From Bdellovibrionales bacterium (GTDB lineage: Bacteria > Bdellovibrionota > Bdellovibrionia > Bdellovibrionales > JAUICD01), in assembly GCA_965203275.1 (NCBI GenBank), contig OZ241865.1:352001-416000 (forward strand): DNA of 64,000 bases, read 5' to 3'. Made by a program: the position numbers and the translations under genes. Each line of letters opens with the position of its first letter. Positions within the stretch are counted from its first letter, which is position 1. Under the pieces are notes generated by a model, which worked only from the letters and a program-made list of their open reading frames with translations, was not told the origin of the DNA and did not search any database. Below, one piece after another: positions 12,110 to 19,674 of this stretch.

Positions 12110-13440
12110 CTTGTTTCTTTAACATGGTATTTATCCGGGATCCCGGGATCTGGGATCCGGCAGTCAGGCAAGGATAAAACGAACGCTTTCTTTCCTTAAC
12201 ATTTCACTCAAAATGAGCCACACCGCTGGTGTGTTTTTTGGTGTTGCCTGCAAAGGCTTTCGCCTTTGACAAAATAGGCAACACCTAAAAAATCCGCTCA
12301 TTTTGAGTAGAGAAGGATCCTTTTATTCTTTTACACCATGTTAAGGAAATTTTTCTTTTATTGTCTTTACAATGAAGGAACTTTTTCCTTAATATTTCAC
12401 TCAAAATGAGCCACACCGCTGGTGTGTTTTTTGGTGTTGCCTGCAAAGGCTTTCGCCTTTGACAAAATAGGCAACACCTAAAAAATCCGCTCATTTTGAG
12501 TAGAGGAGGATCCTTTTATTTTTTTACACCATGTTAAGGAAATTTTTCTTTTATTGTCTTTACAATGAAGGAACTTTTTCCTTAACATTTCACTCAAAAT
12601 GAGCCACACCGCTGGTGTGTTTTTTGGTGTTGCCTGCAAAGGCTTTCGCCTTTGACAAAATAGGCAACACCTAAAAAATCTGCTCATTTTGAGTAGAGAA
12701 GGATCCTTTTATTCTTTTACACCATGTTAAGGAAATTTTTCTTTTATTGTCTTTACAATGAAGGAACTTTTTCCTTAACATGGAGTTAAGGGACGAAGGG
12801 ATCCTCCCTACTAAAAGTAAACGGACTTTTGAGGTAGCCAGCCTTTGATCGACGGCGGTAGCCGTCGGGCTGGCTACCCAAAAGTGACCAGAGGTCAGTT
12901 TACTTTTAGTGCAAAATAGAAGGTCCAAAAAGTAAGAATGATATATACAAAGAAATTGAAGTAAAAACAAATTTTAGTAGTGAGCGTCTAGCCGATCGCC
13001 TCAAAATTGACCTTTCGTTTCTCTGAAAAGGGCTTGACCTGGTGGATATATGAAATTAGAAATAGAATATTCAAGGAAAGGAAATTTTTCCTTAACATTT
13101 CACTCAAAATGAGCCACACCGCTGGTGTGTTTTTTGGTGTTGCCTGCAAAGGCTTTCGCCTTTGACAAAATAGGCAACACCTAAAAAATCCGCTCATTTT
13201 GAGTAGAGGAGGATCCTTTTATTCTTTTACACCATGTTAAGGAAATTTTTCTTTTATTGTCTTAAGAGCAAGCTCAATGCAATGAAGGAACTTTTTCCTT
13301 AACATGGAGTAAAAAAATGAGGAGATCCTCCCTACTAAAAGTAAACGGACTTTTGAGGTAGCCAGCCTTTGATCGACGGCGGTAGCCGTCGGGCTGGCTA
13401 CCCAAAAGTGACCAGAGGTCAGTTTACTTTTAGTGCAAAA
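12110..13440. repeat. Cluster 3 of the structured element family, including three tandem 193-bp units and a ~350-bp duplication
   Basis: Near-identical units with 193-bp period at ~12190-12780; ~12575-12928 is repeated at ~13085-13456. Confidence 0.9.
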
Positions 13441-13456
13441 TAGATAGAAGGTCCAA

Positions 13457-14041
13457 ATGTCGTTTGTAAATTATAATGCAAAAGAAATTCATTGTAAGAT
13501 TGTCTACTATGGTCCGTCTTTAGGGGGCAAGACCACCAATGTGCAGTGGATTTTCCAAAAGACCACACAAGATCCTAAATCTAAATTAATGAGTTTAAAT
13601 ATAGAAAATGAAAGAACAGTTTTTTTTGATTTCTTACCTTTATCACTTGGTGATATTCGGGGTTTTAAAACACGCTTTCATCTTTATTCTGTTCCTGGGC
13701 AAATGGTGTATGATGCTAGTCGAAAGCTTATTTTAAAGGGGCTGGATGGTGTTATCTTTGTAGCTGATAGTCAAATAGAGAGGATGGAAGAAAACTTACA
13801 ATCTCTTGAAAATCTTAAAACCAATTTAGAACAACAAGGTTATAATATTCATCAAATTCCCTTAATTTTTCAATACAATAAAAGAGATTTACCTAATATT
13901 ATGCTTGTCAATGAGTTGCGATCGCAACTGAATAAATACAATGCTCCTGATTTTGAAGCCAGTGCAGTGCAAGGGGTTGGAGTTTTTGAATCTCTTAAAC
14001 CTCTTTCTAAAAAAATCATTAATATTTTAAAGGGTGGGTAG
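13457..14041 (+). CDS. mglA: Small GTPase MglA
   Basis: KIVYYGPSLGGKTTN, RTVFFDFLP, VPGQ, LKGLDGVIFVADSQ, YNKRD. Confidence 0.95.
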   Translation: MSFVNYNAKEIHCKIVYYGPSLGGKTTNVQWIFQKTTQDPKSKLMSLNIENERTVFFDFLPLSLGDIRGFKTRFHLYSVPGQMVYDASRKLILKGLDGVIFVADSQIERMEENLQSLENLKTNLEQQGYNIHQIPLIFQYNKRDLPNIMLVNELRSQLNKYNAPDFEASAVQGVGVFESLKPLSKKIINILKGG

Positions 14042-14057
14042 TTTTGTCTCACTTGAT

Positions 14058-15728
14058 CTAGGTATTTTTATATTGAGGTCCTCCGCCTCCTTCTGGAGGA
14101 GTCCATGAAATATTATCAAAGGGACACTTAATATCGCAGGTTTTACAGTGAATGCAATTGGTATAGTTGATTTGAAGTCTTTTTTGATTTGTTTTTTGTC
14201 CTGAATTATTTTCTTGAGGGACCATTTCATAGACATGGGCAGGGCAGAAAAAATGACAAGGGGAGCCAAATTTTTCATAACAGGTCTGGCTACAAATATT
14301 TGTATCTTGAACAAGTAAATGATTGGGTGAATCTTCTTCGTGTTGAGTACCGGTTAAATAGACACTAGAGAGTTTATCAAAAAAAAGCTTTCCATCTGGG
14401 GGTGGTAACTGATTGTCTGGATGTTTCTCTCTATCGGACCCCCATATATCTAAAATAGGTGCTGTCGTTTGAAAATCTTTTGGAATAACATGCTTTACCA
14501 TAGAACGACCTTTCATCAATGTTTGCATGGCTAATAGAGGGGCTGATACAAAGAGACCTTGACTGAGGGTGTGATGAAAGTTACGCACTTTATAAAGTTC
14601 TTTTTGAATATAACTGCTGGCAACCTTTGCTTGGTAAGATTTTAATGTTTGTTGAGAAAAGTCATTTTGAACAAGAGCATCACAGGCTACTTCTGCTGCT
14701 AACATACCTGATTTCATAGCCAGATGAATACCTTTAAGTTTTTGATCGTCTACCATTCCAGCCGTATCTCCAACGACCATCATGCTGTCATGGTAAAGTT
14801 GAGGCATAGAATGCCATCCTCCAGCGGGGATGACTCTTCCTCCATACTCGATGACTTCTCCTCCTTGGATCATTTTATAAATAAAGGGATGCTTTTTAAA
14901 TTTTTGAAGTTCTCTATGAGGATCAAACAAAGGGTCTTGTGTTGACAAGTATCCTACGAGGCCAATAATGATGCGATCTTCTTTCAATGTATAGATAAAC
15001 GTGCCACCCATAGACTCTTTGAGTGGGTATCCAAGTGTATGAATGACTTGACCGGGGGGTGTAGTGCCTTGAGGCATTTGGATTATTTCCTTAACTCCTT
15101 CAGAATAGGTGTCAGGAGCTTTGTTTTTTCTGAGATGAAGTTGTGTTGCTACTTTTTTAAAAAGGGAACCTCTAGGACCTTCTGCAAAGATAGTTATTTT
15201 AGCTTTTAGGTCCATACCCATTTCAAAGTTAGATTTTTTAAGCCCTTTTTTATCCCGCCCTTTATCGCCAGTTCTGACACCTACGATTCGGTTGTTTTCA
15301 TAAAGGGCTTGAGTGGCAGCAAAGCCAGGTAAAACATCAATGCCTAAGTTTTCTGCCTTTTGAGCTAACCATTGATTGAGTAAAGAAAGAGAGATAATAA
15401 AATAGCCTTTGTTATTGAGTGGAGGAGGTATGAAAGGAAATTTTATTTTACAGTGATCTGTTAAATAATAGATGGCTTCTTTTTTTACGGGTGTGGCTAG
15501 GCAAGCTGATAGAGCTTCAGAGATTTCTTGAGGTTCAAGGAGTTCTTTTAAGGCTATGGTATTGAGTATAGCTCCTGAAAGGCTATGGTTACCTATTTGA
15601 CAGCCTTTTTCTAAAACCAAAATAGAAGGCTGATCTATGTGCTTATTGCGTTTAATTAATTGTTGAAGGTGAATGGCTGTTGATAAACCAGCAACCCCTC
15701 CACCTATAATAAGAATGTCAACTTCCAT
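14058..15728 (-). CDS. Electron transfer flavoprotein-ubiquinone oxidoreductase
   Basis: GGGVAG FAD motif, HSLSGA, KLKGIHLAMKSG, C-terminal FCPA..NCIHCKTCDIKCP..WTPPEGGGGP. Confidence 0.95.
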   Translation of the reverse strand: MEVDILIIGGGVAGLSTAIHLQQLIKRNKHIDQPSILVLEKGCQIGNHSLSGAILNTIALKELLEPQEISEALSACLATPVKKEAIYYLTDHCKIKFPFIPPPLNNKGYFIISLSLLNQWLAQKAENLGIDVLPGFAATQALYENNRIVGVRTGDKGRDKKGLKKSNFEMGMDLKAKITIFAEGPRGSLFKKVATQLHLRKNKAPDTYSEGVKEIIQMPQGTTPPGQVIHTLGYPLKESMGGTFIYTLKEDRIIIGLVGYLSTQDPLFDPHRELQKFKKHPFIYKMIQGGEVIEYGGRVIPAGGWHSMPQLYHDSMMVVGDTAGMVDDQKLKGIHLAMKSGMLAAEVACDALVQNDFSQQTLKSYQAKVASSYIQKELYKVRNFHHTLSQGLFVSAPLLAMQTLMKGRSMVKHVIPKDFQTTAPILDIWGSDREKHPDNQLPPPDGKLFFDKLSSVYLTGTQHEEDSPNHLLVQDTNICSQTCYEKFGSPCHFFCPAHVYEMVPQENNSGQKTNQKRLQINYTNCIHCKTCDIKCPFDNISWTPPEGGGGPQYKNT

Positions 15729-15733
15729 AATAT

Positions 15734-16021
15734 TTAGCTTAGATTGTTTAGTTTTTTCTGTATTTCTCGTATTTTGTTCTCTGTGGACTCTGTGATTTTT
15801 GCAATGGTTGAAATATCCATGTTATTTTTAAGCATTTTTAAGATAATATCTTGCCTACCTTCTTGCCTACCTTCTTGCCTACCTTCTTGCCTACCTTCTT
15901 GCCTACCTTTCTCTCGGCCAATCTGAATGCCTTTCTCTTGGCCAATCTGAATGCCTTCTTCTCGGCCAATCTGAATGCCTTTTTTCATAGTTCCTTCTAT
16001 GGTAAAATCAAATGCTTCCAT
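15734..16021 (-). CDS. Putative in-frame internal small protein (RpnS-like antitoxin, 95 aa)
   Basis: AGGAGGAG-AAAATATT-ATG strong RBS inside the rpn gene, in frame, just before the EGxQ repeat region. Confidence 0.6.
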   Translation of the reverse strand: MEAFDFTIEGTMKKGIQIGREEGIQIGQEKGIQIGREKGRQEGRQEGRQEGRQEGRQDIILKMLKNNMDISTIAKITESTENKIREIQKKLNNLS

Positions 16022-16846
16022 AATATTTTCTCCTCCTAATTGTTGGGTCACTTCTTTTGAAGCTGATTGAACAACTTCTTTACTTAACTGATTATTGTAC
16101 TGATAAAAATAAGTCATCGCTTTAGTGATGAGTTCTATTATATACTTTTTATCGGTACTTTGCGACACTTTTTTCACAAATGAAAAAAATTTTATGAAAA
16201 AATCATGCTGTTCCTTTGTACTTTTTCTACTATCTAAAGACCAAATACCCTGAAATAAATGCAAAATAGGGCTGATCATTGAACCTTTTGCCTTCGCTTC
16301 TATATCATAAACCGATAGATCAAATGGTACATAAGAAAAATTCATAAGGTAAGGAGCAATAAGACTGCGAGAATGATCAGGAAAATAACCTTGAGATTCT
16401 AAGTAATCATGGAAAGAAATAGGCACTGTCCATTTTTTCATCCCGTGATAAAAAACAATAGGAATTACTGGATAACCATATTTTTCATAGACTGTAGCCT
16501 GATATTTTAACAATTGTTTTAAGACATTATGGTCTGGCCAGCTTTTGTGTTCTAAGAGAAAGATAAATTTGACTGTTTTTTGAGAGTTTTTAAGGGTCAA
16601 TGAAATAAGAAGATCTATTTGCATTTCTATACCTGCTATTAAAACATTCTTTTCTATTTTGAGCGAATCAAGGTTAAAAAGATTTAGAAATGCCTGAGAA
16701 AAAACAAGTTTTAGAAAAGCTAATATGTTCTCTACATTATCAAAAAATCTCTTGAAAGACAAGTCATGGACATGAGCTTGAGAAATAGCTTGTTGCCTTT
16801 CTTTTTGAGCTTGATTCTTAAGATGATTTTGTTTCACTTGATTCAT
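15734..16846 (-). CDS. Rpn/YhgA-like PD-(D/E)XK nuclease
   Basis: HD..FK, IDLL, LLEHKS, PVIPIVFYHG, C-terminal EGRQ repeats and small helical domain; the ORF extension to 16924 lies in repeat DNA. Confidence 0.9.
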   Translation of the reverse strand: MNQVKQNHLKNQAQKERQQAISQAHVHDLSFKRFFDNVENILAFLKLVFSQAFLNLFNLDSLKIEKNVLIAGIEMQIDLLISLTLKNSQKTVKFIFLLEHKSWPDHNVLKQLLKYQATVYEKYGYPVIPIVFYHGMKKWTVPISFHDYLESQGYFPDHSRSLIAPYLMNFSYVPFDLSVYDIEAKAKGSMISPILHLFQGIWSLDSRKSTKEQHDFFIKFFSFVKKVSQSTDKKYIIELITKAMTYFYQYNNQLSKEVVQSASKEVTQQLGGENIMEAFDFTIEGTMKKGIQIGREEGIQIGQEKGIQIGREKGRQEGRQEGRQEGRQEGRQDIILKMLKNNMDISTIAKITESTENKIREIQKKLNNLS

Positions 16847-16897
16847 TTTGCATAGAATAAACATATCTTGATGGAATGTCAAATACGTTTGTTTCAT

Positions 16898-17710
16898 TGT
16901 TTCACTAAAAGTGGGCTGTTTCACTAAAAGTGGTCTAGCCTCTGGCTACTTTTGGGCAATGACCGCAAAGGCTTTCGCCTTTGACAAAATGGTCATTGCC
17001 TCATTTGATTTGCACTAAAAGTAAACTAGCCTCTGGCTACTTTTGGACATTGCTCTGACAGCTATCGCTGTCCAAAAAGAGCAATGTCTCAAAAGTCCGT
17101 TTACTTTTAGTAGGGAAAGATCCTCTTGTCTCTTAACATGATGTTAAGGAAAAAGTTCCTTCATTGTAACCCGCTTGCTCTTAAGACAATAAAAGAAAAA
17201 TTTCCTTAACATGGTGTAAAGGAATAAAAAGATCCTTTTCTACTCAAAATAAATGGATTTTCTAGGTAGTTAGCCTTTGATCGACGGCGACAGCCGTCGG
17301 GCTAACTGCCAGAAAACATGCCAGAGGCATGATTTATTTTGAGTGAAATGTTAAGGAAAAAGTCGTCCTCTTTCTACCGCCCACACACGGGCGAGGTTGG
17401 CTCACTAAAAGTGGTCTAGCCTCTGGCTACTTTTGGGCAATGACCGCAAAGGCTTTCGCCTTTGACAAAATGGTCATTGCCTCAAAAGCCTGACCACTTT
17501 TAGTAATGAGGATCCTCTCGTCTCTTAACCACATGTTAAGGAAAAATTTCCTTAACATGGTGTCAGAAGCAAGGAGATCCGCTCTACTCAAAATGAGCAG
17601 ATTTTTGAGGCATTGCTCTTTTGGGACAGCGTGAGCTGTCAGAGCAATGCCCAAAAACACACCAGAGGTGTGGCTCATTTTGAGTGAAATGTTAAGGAAA
17701 AAGTCGTCCT
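16898..17710. repeat. Cluster 4 of the structured element family, between rpn and the CRISPR array
   Basis: Four complete units in both orientations (~17013, 17242, 17403, 17585) plus stubs. Confidence 0.88.
17370..17393 (-). CRISPR. Orphan truncated CRISPR repeat (24 of 28 nt)
   Basis: CTTTCTACCGCCCACACACGGGCG, identical to the array repeat but lacking TAAC. Confidence 0.85.
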
Positions 17711-18461
17711 CTTTCTACCGCCCACACACGGGCGTAACATAATGAGGCTCTAACTAAAACCCTTAAAGTTCTTTCTACCGCCCACACACGGGCGTAACAC
17801 GTTCCTAGTGAGACAATTAATGACGTTAAACTTTCTACCGCCCACACACGGGCGTAACAATTACCTCTCAGTGTAATATCCTCGTCCATTCTTTCTACCG
17901 CCCACACACGGGCGTAACAATTACCTCTCAGTGTAATATCCTCGTCCATTCTTTCTACCGCCCACACACGGGCGTAACAATTACCTCTCAGTGTAATATC
18001 CTCGTCCATTCTTTCTACCGCCCACACACGGGCGTAACTTAAAGACGATGAGTTTAGGATTCAAGTGCTTGCTTTCTACCGCCCACACACGGGCGTAACT
18101 TAAAGACGATGAGTTTAGGATTCAAGTGCTTGCTTTCTACCGCCCACACACGGGCGTAACTTAAAGACGATGAGTTTAGGATTCAAGTGCTTGCTTTCTA
18201 CCGCCCACACACGGGCGTAACGAGGTACTCTAGTCATTGCTTCTTCTTTTACACTTTCTACCGCCCACACACGGGCGTAACTCACACTCACTGCCAAAGT
18301 TGGCACACTTCTTCTTTCTACCGCCCACACACGGGCGTAACAAATTCTAAGAGAGTTTTGGAAAAAAGAAAAACTTTCTACCGCCCACACACGGGCGTAA
18401 CAAAAATCACATTGTAAGTGAAGATAGCCGGTTCTTTCTACCGCCCACACACGGGCGTAAC
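17711..18461 (-). CRISPR. CRISPR array: 13 identical 28-bp repeats, 12 spacers (32-33 bp, 8 unique)
   Basis: Repeat on the - strand GTTACGCCCGTGTGTGGGCGGTAGAAAG with a CGCCC/GGGCG stem; repeats start at 17711, 17771, 17831, 17891, 17951, 18011, 18072, 18133, 18194, 18254, 18314, 18374, 18434. Confidence 0.99.
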
Positions 18462-18503
18462 ACTTCTATAAAAACATTTAACAATAACAAATAGTTAAAC
18501 ATT
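18462..18503 (-). promoter_or_regulatory. Short AT-rich CRISPR leader with an IHF-like site
   Basis: 42 bp between cas2 and the first repeat; TAACAAATAGTTA (18485-18497) has one mismatch to WATCAANNNNTTR. Confidence 0.55.
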
Positions 18504-18788
18504 TCAATTTATTTCTATTAAATGATTAAAAATACCTTCATCAGTTTGACGGCTCTTTAAATCACCAAAAACATAAGAGCGAAACCCTAAGTGATGAGTC
18601 CCATCAGACCATATAAACACCACTCTAAAATCTTCATTATTTTTTCTTAACTCTTTTAAAATATCTTCTCTAATACCATTTTTAGGCCAAACCCATACAT
18701 CCATTGCAATTCTCCAGCAATATCTGCCAATGATCCCACGGGCTTTATGACTTTTTTCTTTTAAAGCATCATTAATAATAACAATCAT
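18504..18788 (-). CDS. cas2: Stand-alone Cas2 (I-E-like pattern)
   Basis: 94 aa between cas1 and the array; RG.I.RY..RI..DVWV..IRE.I..VVFIW..GF..FG resembles Cas2e. Confidence 0.78.
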   Translation of the reverse strand: MIVIINDALKEKSHKARGIIGRYCWRIAMDVWVWPKNGIREDILKELRKNNEDFRVVFIWSDGTHHLGFRSYVFGDLKSRQTDEGIFNHLIEIN

Positions 18789-19657
18789 TTGCTTTCTTGC
18801 TTAAAAACTTCATTCAATGTTTTGACTAAATAATCTAAAACATCTATTCCTAAAACTAATTTCATAAACTGATTCTTTATTTCTGTTAAACTCCACTCTT
18901 TTTTAACAGCAAGAAAAGACAACTCTAAAGCAATCACAGGTTTAACCACATCAGCGAGATCGTAAGACAAACCTCCTCCTTTTGTCCTGCCATGCAGTAT
19001 GCCAATATTAGGATCATAACCTAAATGTAAAATTGTTAAATCTGCAAGTGAATAAGACAAAAAGTTTAAAAAAGTCAGAGGATCTTTTTTACCTCTATAA
19101 GGCTTTCCTCTTTTCACAAAAGGCACTCCATAATCAATAGCTAATAACTTATAAGCCTCTCTAGCCCATGCTCCTTCCTTTGCTAAAAGGGTATTAATAT
19201 TGTCCCCTTCTTGAGCAGATGGAAATTCAAGTAATTTCACAGAAGAATATTTTTTTATAAAAGTAGCTCTCTTTTGAAAAAGAATCTTTGCAACATTTAT
19301 TCTTCTTTTCTCATCAAATATGACATCATGTTGCCTGATACGAGGAGAAGGAGATCTATGCTGTGTAGAGCATAAATAAAGAGGAGCAGCATTCCCACCC
19401 ATCACACCAATCAAGCAACCTCTCGATGAGATAATTCTCATAGATTCTGATGTGATACTTGTCCCTGGCCCTAAAAACAACCCCCCTATTCCACACACAG
19501 GAATAGAATACTCCTCTTTTAAACCCTTCTTGAAAATTCTTATATCGTTATCCTTTCTCTTGATCTTACTATATTCTATATAATAAAAAGGAATTCTTCT
19601 CGATAGAGGAATCAAGGGTTGTACTTCATCAATACTTATATACTTTCTTTTATTCAT
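18785..19657 (-). CDS. cas1: Cas1 integrase (I-F-like motifs)
   Basis: IPV...LFLGPGTSIT, EG...R..Y, ILHGRTKGGGLSYDLAD. Confidence 0.94.
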   Translation of the reverse strand: MNKRKYISIDEVQPLIPLSRRIPFYYIEYSKIKRKDNDIRIFKKGLKEEYSIPVCGIGGLFLGPGTSITSESMRIISSRGCLIGVMGGNAAPLYLCSTQHRSPSPRIRQHDVIFDEKRRINVAKILFQKRATFIKKYSSVKLLEFPSAQEGDNINTLLAKEGAWAREAYKLLAIDYGVPFVKRGKPYRGKKDPLTFLNFLSYSLADLTILHLGYDPNIGILHGRTKGGGLSYDLADVVKPVIALELSFLAVKKEWSLTEIKNQFMKLVLGIDVLDYLVKTLNEVFKQESK

Positions 19658-19674
19658 TTTTTAATTAACATATT

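Noticed and set aside
12190..12780. Repeat clusters as additional CRISPR arrays
   Set aside because: The period is too long, and the variable parts are self-complementary and reused rather than unique spacers
12772..12912. Structured element as tRNA, hammerhead ribozyme or simple terminator
   Set aside because: No T-loop/anticodon/CCA pattern and no CUGAUGA core; it occurs in both orientations and upstream of genes as well as downstream
12285..13197. Repeated 69-99 aa ORFs, and similar ORFs at 5694, 6413, 17427, 29671-30638, 39393, 41751 and 59642-60933
   Set aside because: They lie within the palindromic/heptamer repeats; variation preserves base pairing rather than codons, and there are no consistent RBSs
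17739..18433. Self-targeting spacers
   Set aside because: No match noticed elsewhere in the window by eye; a proper search is needed, so no claim is made
17692..18450. ORFs of 76-111 aa over the CRISPR array
   Set aside because: Translations of repeat-spacer units (YARVWAVE), not genes
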